A stretch of 63,376 bases of DNA, counting the filler, from Octopus bimaculoides (lineage: Eukaryota): the NCBI RefSeq assembly GCF_001194135.2. It is 6 parts of 6 records of this genome, joined end to end, with 100 filler letters (N's around TTAATTAATTAA, not from the genome) between each part and the next. Parts side by side here need not be neighbours in the genome. Positions count along the whole stretch, not along the records: positions 1 to 29,207 come from NC_068987.1; positions 29,308 to 31,904 come from NC_068984.1; positions 32,005 to 36,737 come from NC_068982.1; positions 36,838 to 40,687 come from NW_026329160.1; positions 40,788 to 50,037 come from NC_068988.1; 1 more part is not named here. One strand, written 5' to 3'. The notes beneath the pieces are model-generated. The model searched no databases, had not been told where the DNA came from, and worked only from the letters and a program-made list of their open reading frames with translations. Below, one piece after another: positions 29,181 through 42,441 of this stretch; positions within the stretch are counted from its first letter, which is position 1, and each line of letters begins with the position of its first letter. The translations under genes were made by a program, and so were the position numbers.

Positions 29181-29307
29181 TATATATATATATATACACA
29201 CATACAGNNNNNNNNNNNNNNNNNNNNNNNNNNNNNNNNNNNNNNNNNNNNTTAATTAATTAANNNNNNNNNNNNNNNNNNNNNNNNNNNNNNNNNNNNN
29301 NNNNNNN

Positions 29308-29357
<50 letters not shown>

Positions 29358-29369
29358 GATCCTAGTGGT

Positions 29370-29960
29370 ACCAGCATTTAATCTTGGAATTGAAAGTTAT
29401 TCTAAACTCCGAACTGCATGTTATATCTTCAGCCCACTCTTATATTGCATTCAGGTCTTTCTGTGGTTTTGAGTTATCATCAGTGACCTTGACTGCGATG
29501 TGATACTTTTGTATGGTCACCAAAGTTACTAAGAGTAACTGACTGCATGACTAATGACATGTCATAGAGCCACTAGAATTAGTATTGGTCCTAGTACAGT
29601 TCCCTGATGGACTCCGTTTAAAAGGGATGTCCTGTCACATAGCGCTTCTCTAATTTTCCAACTATACCAAGGCCACTCAGTTTGTGACATCATTCTGTGA
29701 TCAACTCCATCAAAGCTTGGTAAAGTCGAGATATATCGCACCCTCAATTAAATGGTTTATTTGTTGATTCAGTACCCAGTCAAAATATTCTAGTAGCTGT
29801 GTGAGGCAGCTCCTTTCTGAACTGAAAGCATGCCGCGTGTTAACGAGCAAACCATTCTATTCTAAGAATGTGATCGCTCTCTTCTGACAATGCGTTCTCG
29901 GAGTCTAGAGACAGTCTTCTTCAACTTCACGAAATTTATCTCGTTGGCTCTGGTTTCATC
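29370..29960 (-). mobile_element. CR1-clade LINE reverse-transcriptase relic
   Basis: HAFSSERSCLTQLLEYFDWVL...IYLDFTK...GVHQGTVLGPILILVAL. Confidence 0.85.
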
Positions 29961-30203
29961 ACTACATTAATTCTCCAACATTACATCTCTACATTGGTGA
30001 CGATACAGTTACCTCTCTACACGAACAACTTCACTCTACTACATTTTACAACTTCTATACATCAATTAAAAATAACGCAAATATTTGTATTAAAGGCGCA
30101 AGCATGGCTCTGTGCTTAAGAAGCTCGCTTTGCAACCATGTCTCTTCGAGTTAAGACCACTACGCGGCACCTTCTGTAAGTCTCTTCAATCATAGCCTCG
30201 GAT

Positions 30204-30246
<43 letters not shown>

Positions 30247-30774
30247 NNNNNNNNNNNNNNNNNNNNNNNNNNNNNNNNNNNNNNNNNNNNNNNNNNNNNN
30301 NNNNNNNNNNNNNNNNNNNNNNNNNNNNNNNNNNNNNNNNNNNNNNNNNNNNNNNNNNNNNNNNNNNNNNNNNNNNNNNNNNNNNNNNNNNNNNNNNNNN
30401 NNNNNNNNNNNNNNNNNNNNNNNNNNNNNNNNNNNNNNNNNNNNNNNNNNNNNNNNNNNNNNNNNNNNNNNNNNNNNNNNNNNNNNNNNNNNNNNNNNNN
30501 NNNNNNNNNNNNNNNNNNNNNNTGTGTGTGTGTGTGTCTGAATAAGTAGACTTTTAAAAAGAAACAACTTCTGGGGGGCGATTTGTTCCACTAAATCAGT
30601 AGTTTTCAACTTTTTTTGTAGCGTCCATAATTGGTGAGTGGGGTCACAACTAAACTAACCTAACATGAATGATAATTTATAAGTTTTACTAAAAAAAAAA
30701 AAAGGATTATATAGGCTTTTAGAAATGATATAAGATTAATAAAGGCAAAAATTGTAAATTTACTTTATACATTT

Positions 30775-31135
30775 AGGCGCAGGTGTGGCTATGTGGTAAG
30801 AAGCTTGCTTCCCAACCACAGAGTTCTGGGTTTAGTCCCACTGCGTGTCATCTTGGGCAAATCTCTTCTACTGTAGCCTTAGGCCGACCAAAACCTTGTG
30901 ATTGGATTTGTTAGACGGAAACTGAAAGAAGCCCGTCGTATATGTATGTGTGTGTGTGTGTGTGTGTATGTGTGTGTGTGTCTTTGTGTCATTGTTTGTC
31001 TCCCACCACCGCTCGACAACTGGTGTTGGCGTGTTTATGTTCCTATAAGTTAGCGGTTCGGCAAAGACACCGATAGAATAAGTACCGGGCTTAAAGAAAA
31101 AGAAAAAAAGTAAGTACTGGAGACGATTTATTCAA
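30775..31135 (+). mobile_element. SINE family A, near full length
   Basis: GGCGCAGGTGTGGCTATGTGGTAAGAAGCTTGC...AAGAAGCCCGTCG-(TG)n-...GATAGAATAAGTACC. Confidence 0.9.
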
Positions 31136-31137
31136 CT

Positions 31138-31196
<59 letters not shown>

Positions 31197-31213
31197 CAGA
31201 TAGACAGACAGAC

Positions 31214-31248
<35 letters not shown>

Positions 31249-31859
31249 CAAACTGATGGCTGGATAGGTTAATAGATAATATATAGCTAGATAAATGTCA
31301 GTGTCTTTCAAATCTTACCATATCGCTTTAAAGCACTGGACTTGAGTAATGTTCTTGCTGATATGGGTTATATTTGGGAAGAAAGACGAGAGTTTTACGG
31401 CTGGAATGTAATAGGTGATAGATATGTTCAATAAGAGCTAACTTGGGCTGAACAATTACAACAAATGCTATATATTAATTATTCACTTTTTTTTTTTTTT
31501 ACTTGTTTCTACCATTGTAGTGTAGCCATGCTGGAACGCGGCGTGACAATGTCTTGTGTGTTACAACTTCTTAAAGAAAATCACCTTTTTGTTATACTAC
31601 ATCCACATCTAAGATGCATTATAGAATTGCTCCTTATAATTCTTATGTCTATCAGTATTCGTTGCACCGCTAATTTATGGGACAAAAACTGGACAAAACA
31701 TAAGCATAGTATCGATGTGAACAAACATGTCTAAGGCCACGCGAGAACACATATCCATAAATGGAATTGCCCAACAATAGTCATATATACATACATACAT
31801 ACACACATACATACATACATACATACATACACACACACGCACGCACACGCGCGCGCACG

Positions 31860-31904
<45 letters not shown>

Positions 31905-32285
31905 NNNNNNNNNNNNNNNNNNNNNNNNNNNNNNNNNNNNNNNNNNNNTTAATTAATTAANNNNNNNNNNNNNNNNNNNNNNNNNNNNNNNNNNNNNNNN
32001 NNNNCCTTTATATTGAACACTCAATATTTCATCTACATTCAATACTTTATTTCATGGTGCCATCCATTTTTATTTTATTTTATATTATATATTGTATATT
32101 ATATTATATATTGTATATTATATTATATATTGCATATTCCATATTCTATACCCCACATTAGTTCTGCAGGAATATAAATAAAACATAAAAAACAGACAGT
32201 GTTGGAACTCTTTTAAGCAAAATAATATATTCCTCTATACACAATCATACAAAAAAATCCACCTTTTTTTGTATTTATTTTTACT

Positions 32286-32337
<52 letters not shown>

Positions 32338-33149
32338 AATATAATATATGACAATTAGTTGGTTGTCATAATAAAAATCAGAGTTTCGGATACCGGGGCT
32401 GAAGTCTGCTCCGGCATCCCATCAGGTATTAAGAGAAAGCGCTATGAAAAAAAAAAAAACCGTTGAATAAAGGGAATTACTCCAATAGGCATGGTGAAAG
32501 TAATACTTCATTCATGGAATCCGCATATGCACACATACACACATGCATACGTACATACACACATGTATGTATATATATCTATATACATACTCATACACGC
32601 GTGTACATATACATACAAACACATATACATATACATGTTTACGCATGCACGCACATGCACATGCATATTTACCCATGCACGCATCACTACACTCATATAT
32701 ACATCCCTACACGCTCACACACATACATACGCGGATATAAAACATAGTTTATACGTACATGCATATACATACGCGGAAAACGTACATACAAATAAAAACA
32801 CGCGCAAAAACGCACGCATCATTATGTTCATATACACATCTCTATACGCACATATACATACGCGGATATACAAAAAGTAGTCTATACGCGCATACACATA
32901 TATACGCGGACAGACGTATATACAAATAAAAACATGCGCAAAAAACATAAATCGTAAAACATTTACATTCACCGCAAAACTTGAATATACAAGTGAGTTA
33001 TATATGTATATACACAAATACACCCTCCTGTCTTTCAAACACATCTACACCTGCAGATATATAAACATATATACATTCATATATGTATGAAGAAATGAGA
33101 CAAGTACAACAGGTAGAGTCTTGTACTCGTATATATATATATATATATA

Positions 33150-33400
33150 TACACCAATAGGGTTCGAAAAATACAAGAAAAAGAAGACATCTATCAACCA
33201 TTGATAAGGAGTTTACAAATCCAGTATCCAAGATACGCTTTTGGCTTCATACCTATCGTTATTGGAGCAACAGAATACATACCAACCAATCTGGAGGAAA
33301 GAATGGTTGAATCTGGGATCTTGCGGTAGAGAATGCAAATGTTTAATTAATACTCTACAAATGACCACGATATCAGAGACAATGAAAATCTGCAAAATGC
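33150..33400 (+). mobile_element. RLE-type LINE extreme C-terminal relic
   Basis: KEDIYQPLIRSLQIQYPRYAFGFIPIVIGATEYIPTNL. Confidence 0.6.
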
Positions 33401-33564
33401 TTCTTATGATTTAAAGAATGGTGGTTAAAACAAGATGGTTTCCTTCACAACCTTGCTACCAAGTACATTTACTCTGAATTCAAAAGAGAAAGAGAACACA
33501 CACACACACATACTCGTACACATGCACACACACGCACGCACGCACGCAAGCACGCACGCACGCA

Positions 33565-33605
<41 letters not shown>

Positions 33606-33668
33606 ACTCACACGTATGTATCTATATATGTGAACGTATGTATGTATATACATATATATATGTATACG

Positions 33669-33699
<31 letters not shown>

Positions 33700-33737
33700 G
33701 TCTTTGTATGTATGTCTGTGTGTTTCCACACACACGC

Positions 33738-33774
<37 letters not shown>

Positions 33775-33789
33775 AGAAAGAGAATAAAC

Positions 33790-33831
<42 letters not shown>

Positions 33832-34260
33832 ACACACACACATGTACACACAACTCACACACACACACATACACATGTACACACAACTCACACAAACATG
33901 CATGTATTGTTTACTGTCCCGTTGACGTAGGATCAACAAAAAAGTACTCTATCCAGTGAGAGATAAATCTCATTTATTTTAACAATGACCATTAAATGAA
34001 AAGTATATATATTCACACATACATACATACATACATACATACATACATGCATATATATNNNNNNNNNNNNNNNNNNNNNNNNNNNNNNNNNNNNNNNNNN
34101 NNNNNNNNNNNNNNNNNNNNNNNNNNNNNNNNNNNNNNNNNNNNNNNNNNNNNNNNNNNNNNNNNNNNNNNNNNNNNNNNNNNNNNNNNNNNNNNNNNNN
34201 NNNNNNNNNNNNNNNNNNNNNNNNNNNNNNNNNNNNNNNNNNNNNNNNNNNNNNNNNNNN

Positions 34261-34311
<51 letters not shown>

Positions 34312-35349
34312 AGTTTTTGACCTGTTTAGAATTTATGAATGAAGCATATTCACATGTTCCAGAAATAACTCTATTGTCTTCCCCCAAAAATCCAGTACAG
34401 TTGACGGGAGTTATCTCCCTTTATTTTTTTATTTTAGTTCCTACACACGTACCACACGAACTTAAAAGTATTATTATTGTAATGATAACCTTAGCGTATA
34501 AATCGTTTTTCAAGTGAATTCATTGCAGATAGTAGACTTTACTGTATTTATATTGTGCATACAGGATGTTCCACTGAATTATTGTCTCTTCAGTCCTATG
34601 GCATTCATAAGCAGCCTCATTGTTTTGTTTCTATTTTTATTAATATACATGCCTTCTTGGCCTTACTAACTGAGATAAATATGTTTCGCTTACGAAATCT
34701 GACTAGATTGAAACATGTTTATTGGTGCTACCAGCAGGCGTTAAAGAGGAGTACGTACACGCTTAGCAAAACTGCTCTTATCTTCCGAGAATAGGGTTTA
34801 CTTTGCCCTTGATTTTGATTTTAGATTTTCCTAGGGGCAGTTTTTGGGCATCAATATATTAACATGACCTCAACCGAGCGAAGTTGTTTTCAACTCACAA
34901 TATTATATATATAAGAATTTACTGTATATATATATATACATATATATACATACATACATATANNNNNNNNNNNNNNNNNNNNNNNNNNNNNNNNNNNNNN
35001 NNNNNNNNNNNNNNNNNNNNNNNNNNNNNNNNNNNNNNNNNNNNNNNNNNNNNNNNNNNNNNNNNNNNNNNNNNNNNNNNNNNNNNNNNNNNNNNNNNNN
35101 NNNNNNNNNNNNNNNNNNNNNNNNNNNNNNNNNNNNNNNNNNNNNNNNNNNNNNNNNNNNNNNNNNNNNNNNNNNNNNNNNNNNNNNNNNNNNNNNNNNN
35201 NNNNNNNNNNNNNNNNNNNNNNNNNNNNNNNNNNNNNNTATATATATATATATATCAGTGGCGTGCGGTGACTTCTGAGGTTGGTCATACAGTAAAGACA
35301 GGAAAACAAGTAATATACTGACAGGATTTAAGATGTAGCACCCAAAATC

Positions 35350-36047
35350 TGACATAGAAAGGTTATATATACAACGTATGGAAGGTGGTAGATGCCTTAT
35401 ACAGCTAGAAAACTTTTACAAAATATACACCATAGGACCACAGAAATACCTATATTAGAAGCAAGGAAAACTAATGACACGACAGAGTTGGGACATACAT
35501 ACACTGGAAGCTATGCCAACACTATGGAATAACAACAGAAAAAAGATGGTATAGGTACACACCAGAAAAAGTCACAGAAAATGAGAAAGCAACCATACTC
35601 TGGGATATGCCAATGCACACAGATAGAGAAATAAATGCCAGTAGGTCGGATATAGTCATCAGAGATCATGTAGAAAAAAAAATGTTTTCTAATTGATGTA
35701 TCAATACCAACAGATGACAATGTTTCTCTAACAGAAATGGAGAAACTTTCAAAATACAAAGAAATAGAGGTAACTCGAATGTGGAGTCTAAAACCAGAAA
35801 CATTTCCTATCATAGTAGGCGCATTAAGTATGAAAAAAAAAATCCAGACAAATACATTACAAAAACATTAGGGCTAACAAATATATATAACATACAAAAG
35901 ATAGTACTACTAGGCATCGAACACAACTTACGTAAAACACTTTCAATAAAGTAAAATTGAGAGCATTACAACAAACCACAGCACATACCCAAAGCACACA
36001 GAGCTGCGCTCGGTAGTGCAGTGAAAGCACGAAATAAAAGACTACTA

Positions 36048-36050
<3 letters not shown>
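35350..36050 (+). mobile_element. R4/Dong-like LINE 3' end with RLE domain, followed by (AAT)n
   Basis: HDRVGTYIHWKLCQHY...TILWDMPMHTDREI...DIVIRD...LIDVSIPTDDN...EKLSKYK...IIVGAL...NIQKIVLLG. Confidence 0.9.
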
Positions 36051-36120
<70 letters not shown>

Positions 36121-36249
36121 TGAAATAGTTGATCTGTGATTTACACACACAACTATGCAACCCCCCCCCCCAACAACAACAAAAAAACAACAAAAAACAT
36201 ACAAGAATAAATTGATACTGTAAATATCCAACAATATGAACAAGACCCA

Positions 36250-36420
36250 CATGTGCCATAGAAGGCCGATACCCGACTGAAGAACACAACCTGCGATACA
36301 CAATACAAAAACTTAGTACGGCTCCATAAAACAGAGTTATTAGGGACAGCTAGGATACTTAGGTGGGTTCTTTGCATCTAAGGTTATTTGTAGCTCGATG
36401 TTAATATTTTTTTTTCCAAC
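36250..36420 (+). mobile_element. Second RLE-LINE 3' tip
   Basis: LVRLHKTELLGTARILRWVL. Confidence 0.6.
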
Positions 36421-36448
36421 AGTCTAATCTGTTAAGTAAATAAAACTA

Positions 36449-36532
<84 letters not shown>

Positions 36533-36534
36533 CA

Positions 36535-36737
36535 AAAGGCTTTCAACAGTGTTCCCCACACGTGGATTCTGGAAACACTAGCCATAAACAAGGTGGCACC
36601 AATTATCATAAAATACATAGAGCACTCAATGAACAAATGGCAGACAGTGCTACAGCTCCAAACAAAAGAGGGACTTGTGAAAACGAAAGCCATCCCCATT
36701 AGAAGAGGAATATTCCAGGGAGACACGCTCTCTCCAC
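36535..36737 (+). mobile_element. R4/Dong-like LINE RT-domain fragment
   Basis: QKAFNSVPHTWILETL...IRRGIFQGDTLSP; preceded by (AAT)n, ends at a gap. Confidence 0.9.
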
Positions 36738-37055
36738 NNNNNNNNNNNNNNNNNNNNNNNNNNNNNNNNNNNNNNNNNNNNTTAATTAATTAANNNNNNN
36801 NNNNNNNNNNNNNNNNNNNNNNNNNNNNNNNNNNNNNATATATATATACACATTATATATATATATATGTGTGTATATATATTACGTCTATATATTCGTT
36901 TTTCAAGATTCTTGATGTGAAATTGTGTGTTGAAACAGATTTTGTTGTATTTGGGGACGGTCATGTTGTCAGTTTAATCAATAAAAATACACGCACTATA
37001 TATTTGGTGTTAATTTGCTTCAGCTTTATTTTATTTTCTACATTAATCGTATTTC

Positions 37056-37100
37056 GGCCAGAGTTCTTTCATCACACTTCTGTGACCTCATCAGTGGTCC
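37056..37100 (-). ncRNA. Minimal type I hammerhead ribozyme (mirror copy)
   Basis: Reverse strand reads GGACCA-CTGATGA-G-GTCACA-GAAG-TGTGAT-GAAA-GAA-CTC-TGGCC; stem II base pair is G-U. Confidence 0.65.
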
Positions 37101-37170
37101 TTTGCGTTCTTCTTTCTTATTTGTGTCTCTTTCCTTACTAATGATCAGCCATTTTGTAGAAGCCAGCATA

Positions 37171-37215
37171 GGACCACTGATGAGGTCACAGAAGTGTGAC
37201 GAAAGAACTCTGGCC
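37171..37215 (+). ncRNA. Minimal type I hammerhead ribozyme
   Basis: GGACCA-CTGATGA-G-GTCACA-GAAG-TGTGAC-GAAA-GAA-CTC-TGGCC: canonical core, 6-bp stem II, CUC triplet. Confidence 0.7.
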
Positions 37216-37802
37216 AAAATACAATTAATGTAAAAAATAAAATAAAGTTGAAGCAAATTAACACTAAATATATAGTGCGTGTGTTTTTATTGGCTAAACT
37301 GGCAACATGACCATCCCCAAATACAACAGTGTGTATATATATATATATATATTGTTGTATCTTGGGTAGGTCATTATGCCCATAAGAAACGCGTGCTGGT
37401 TCTATTTCACTTTTTTATTATCAGTCAAACAGTTAACTGTTCAACTAATTAACTAATCGATCAGATAGATAAGTCAGAGTTCTTTCGTCGCCATTGTTAA
37501 CCAGTTGCTAAATAAGAATAAAAGAAGTATGATACAGCCAGTGCGTGTGCTTCTTATTAGTATAACAATCGTTCCAAAATACAACAAAATCTGTTTCAAC
37601 ATACGATTTCACATCCGGCAACACTCGTCGCCTACCATCGAACATAAAAAGAATTTTTTCAGCTTATCGTTCTTCGATACGAAAACATCCACAACCTTCC
37701 ATCTCAATAAACCACTATTTTCCCTGAAAGTTGTCTTTTTATATTTACTACGTATTACTTGAAGCTAACTTTCTTCCCACACCTCGATTCCTAGATCCTC
37801 TC

Positions 37803-37882
<80 letters not shown>

Positions 37883-38989
37883 CTAACTGAAAAGCTAGCT
37901 CCTGTGGAGGGCTCTTCATTGGACCTTGAGCCCAATAATGACACTTCATGCATTGAGTACATATTAAATTTTATTAAACTTGACCGATATTTTTAAAGCA
38001 CCTTAAAAAATAAGACATATTGGATAATGTAGTCCAAGGAAAATTATGCGTTAAAATAAGACAGTATCAGGTTTAAATAGATACAAAATATAGACAAGAT
38101 AAGCCCCTTGACTTAGCTGATCTATAATCAAAGTCTTCCTATTTAAACTGTTTTCAGTATTAAAATTTTAACAGGAAGAAAATTCTGGTTTGCATAAGAG
38201 AAATTGGTAAAAATGTCCTAGCCAAAAATTTGTTGTTTTGCAAGTCTTTAAGCCACCGCCCCACGCCAGCGACAACTGTTCTTTTGTGAGAGGGGAATAT
38301 TTTTAGAATTGATTATTTAAAAAGAAAAATGATTTAAAATTAAACAAGCGATGCTATAATAACTGTTGTACCTTGAATACAAGGTCCTTAGTGGTTCTTT
38401 TAAGAACAATGATCATATTCTGATGTGTCCATGAAATAAGAGCTACATACAACAATAAATATATTTATATGATAAGGAGATAAAGATATCTTAAGACCAA
38501 AATTTTTAAATAATAAATCTAGATTACGTTTTACTAGTTTCGAAGATATAAAACAGCTGCACTCCCACAATGTCAGACAAGATGTTAGATATAACAGCAG
38601 CAATTCATTCTGTTTTTCGATGGTGACATTAATTATTTATATTGATAACTAAGATAATTCACAGAAAATCGAGTATAACAGTGTTTTCAAATGCTAACAT
38701 TCTTGATCTCTGACGCAAAATGAAGTTGATGTAAAACGACAATGTCTGTAGTTAATGATATAAATCTTGTAGTTTTTATACTCTGGTTGTAGATTTACAT
38801 TCATATAATATAATTATACAATGAACTTATTGTATCCAGTATTCTGGTGAACTACAAATCGTCAGAAAAAAGGGTAGAGAGACAGAAAGCGACAATACGT
38901 AAAGAAAGCAATGAAGGTCGAAACTATATGCACAATACAGAGAATAAAACACAAAAGGACAGAAGAAGTATAAGTAAAGGAGTTACACG

Positions 38990-39130
38990 TAGAAAAGAGT
39001 ACATAGGTACATCAGGAATGTTGGCGAATTTCAGGAAGAAGTGTCCTAACAGTTAATAACCGACCGAGTAATTTATTCCATGCTTTGACAATTCTGTGCT
39101 TGAAAAATGTTTCCAAATATGTATAACCCT
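38990..39130 (-). mobile_element. CR1-type LINE 3' tip
   Basis: Reverse strand CATTTTTCAAGCACAGAATTGTCAAAGCATGGAATAAATTAC (HFF..RIVKAWNKL) then CTGAAATTCGCCAACA. Confidence 0.55.
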
Positions 39131-40070
39131 TATAGATAAGCACATACATAAGTTTCGACATTTTTGCTTAAGTTTCTAATCCATGGGAATAAAAAGTAGA
39201 TACTGAACGAATTTTTTCTAATCTAGTGGCTTTGTGACAATCAAAATGTTAACACCTTGAAAAGATTCATCATTCTCCGGAAATTTTGATTCAACTCAGG
39301 TTACAAACGAACGAAACAATCTTCTTGAATCTTAATTAGAAGCCGTCTCTTATTCCGTAGCACGAACTTCTCTTAATTACAGGCGAAACATAACCTACCT
39401 TTGTCTCGGCCAGGAGGCATATGAGAGCGCAATGTAACTGGAGATCAGTACCGACCAGTGTAAGCCTGACGTGGATATTAGAAGTACTTACTTTACTAGC
39501 ATAAACTTTATACAACAACAAATGTACACACATACAGGTTTTCGTATATTACAAACAAGAAATTCACTTAAAAGACTACTATTGTTTGCTTCCAATGATG
39601 ATTTTTACCTCAGATAACCAGTTAAATAGATTTAATTAGATACATATTAATTATTAGAATAAATGAAGGCAGGATACATAGATGTATAGATAAATAGATC
39701 GATAAAAATAAAGAGACGCATAAAAGGGTAAATATATGAATAAAGTTATGAGAAAATAGACGTGAAAATAAATGAGTATAGAAAATAATGAAAGATATTC
39801 AATTAAAAGACATCTTTTTAAAATATTTTCTTTATAAGACACAATATTATTTCTGTCCAAACAGTACCAACAGCATCATCATCATTCATCATCATCACCA
39901 AAACAGTTACGATGATGACGACCACCACCAGCAACCGGCACCACCATTACTAATACTGCTGCTGCTCTTTCTACTACTGCTACTACTACCATGCTTTATT
40001 TACTTGTCCATTCATTCTACAATACTAAAGCCAATAACAGTACCAAAAATAGCAGACTACTGTCACCACC

Positions 40071-40128
<58 letters not shown>

Positions 40129-40258
40129 TTTCTTCTTCTTCTTCTTCCAATCTCCATCATCGTCATCATCAACACTATCCTGACCATCATTAACACCATT
40201 GCAATTATCTTTTCTTGGAAAAGTATTCTCTCTTTAATTTCTTCTTCTTCTTCTTCAT

Positions 40259-40332
<74 letters not shown>

Positions 40333-42148
40333 TCATTCGTTTCATTACATTTTACGCTTTCAAAATTAGTTATGCAATCAAATTTTTTATGTTTTTTTTT
40401 CTTGCACTGACTTTTCAAATCTTACAATATCTGTCTTGTATAGCATTCTAGCTTGTCATTTCTTCACAATCTGATTAATTATATTTTCACTATAACTTTG
40501 TCAGTATCAGCAAAAACCATATTTATTTTATACTTTGAATCACCTTTCATAATTATGATACACACACACATACACACATACACATATGTATACATCTGCG
40601 TGTGTGTACATATTATGTATATATATGTGCGTGTGTTTATATATATATGTGTGTGTGTTTATATATATATGTGTGTGTGTATATATANNNNNNNNNNNNN
40701 NNNNNNNNNNNNNNNNNNNNNNNNNNNNNNNTTAATTAATTAANNNNNNNNNNNNNNNNNNNNNNNNNNNNNNNNNNNNNNNNNNNNGGGGGGGGGGTAC
40801 AAGAAGAGAAGTTGGTATGGTGATGCTGATGCTGACGATGTTGTTGATGAGGATGATGACGGTGATGAGATTTCTTATGATGATGATGATGATGATGATA
40901 ATGATCATCATCATCATCGTCATCGAGAAAGAAGAAAGAACATGAAGAGATAACTGCTGATGGCGGCGACGACAAGGATAATGAAGAAGAAGAAGAAGAA
41001 GAAGAAGAAGAAGAAGAAGAAGAAGAAGAAGAAGAAGAAGAAGAAGAAGAAGAAGAAGAAGAAGAAGAAAGGAAGGAAGGAAGGAAGGAAGGAAGGAAGG
41101 AAGGAAGGAATCACGAGAAAGCTGAAATATGAATAATATGGATATGAATGAAGAATTATAAGACGAGGAACAAACATAAGAACAAAAATGAAATAACAGA
41201 ACAAACGAAGGAAATACCAAAATAAAATAGAACCGCCGCCGCCACCACCAGCACCACCACCACTACCACAACAACAACAACAACAACAGCAACAACAGCA
41301 AAGATAATAACAGCAATATTAATAATAACAGTGATTAATAAAGCTTTATTGTTCGATTGAAAGAGAAATTGGCTGTTTTCAGAAATCGGCTGTTTTCGAG
41401 AAATTGCTTTCAAACTGTTTCTGCAATATATTATTATTAGGCCGGAGATGCTTATAAGAAAAATTTCTCTTATTCTAATATTATGAGAGAATCTGTGAAA
41501 TTGTGGTACAAGCAATCAATAAGTAATATCATTCGGCAACGAATAGGGATATAATATTCTTGTTTTGTTACGTATTTTTCGTTTTTTTTTAATTTTATTT
41601 TTAGTTTTTTTTCTTTTTTACATTTGTTGTACTAATTTTGTTGTTAATATATTTTTGTTTTTGCTGTTGTTTTTGTTCTCATCATCATCATCCTCCTCTT
41701 CATCATCATCATCATCATTATTATTATTATCATTATTATTATTAATACTATCATTATTATTATTGTTATTATTTTTCCAATAAGGAGCTATGAGAAATAA
41801 TAGATTAGGATAAATGTTCGCGTTTGACGTACGACTTGTCCAGTACCATGCATAAGAGTAGATTTGTTTGTTTGTTTCCTTGGACGGACATATTTGTATA
41901 TGTATACGAGAGAGAGTGAGTGTGTATGTTTGTGTGTATTTCTGTTTGCGATTGTATATTTGGGTGGGTTTTCTGTAAGTTATTCGTATTGTGAGACAAG
42001 TCAATTTCGGTTAATTGCATAGCAAATATTCAAATCAACACATATCTCCTCTCGTACTTTCAATGTGCCTTCTTCTTCTTCTTCTTCTTCTTCTTCTTCT
42101 TCTTCTTCTTCTTCTTCTTCTTCTTCTTCTTCTTCTTTATTATTAGTA

Positions 42149-42199
<51 letters not shown>

Positions 42200-42391
42200 N
42201 NNNNNNNNNNNNNNNNNNNNNNNNNNNNNNNNNNNNNNNNNNNNNNNNNNNNNNNNNNNNNNNNNNNNNNNNNNNNNNNNNNNNNNNNNNNNNNNNNNNN
42301 NNNNNNNNNNNNNNNNNNNNNNNNNNNNNNNNNNNNNNNNNNNNNNNNNNNNNNNNNNNNNNNNNNNNNNNNNNNNNNNNNNNNNNNNNNN

Positions 42392-42441
<50 letters not shown>

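Larger units (their letters stand above)
36943..37328. repeat. Long inverted repeat: ~158-bp arms, ~68-bp spacer
   Basis: 36943-37101 is the reverse complement of 37170-37328 with scattered mismatches; mirror ORFs 37015-37233(+) and 37038-37256(-). Confidence 0.95.

Noticed and set aside
29252-29263. TTAATTAATTAA flanked by N runs (also near 31949, 36782, 40732, 50082)
   Set aside because: Identical 12-mer with stops in all six frames, centred in ~100-bp gaps: an artificial scaffolding spacer
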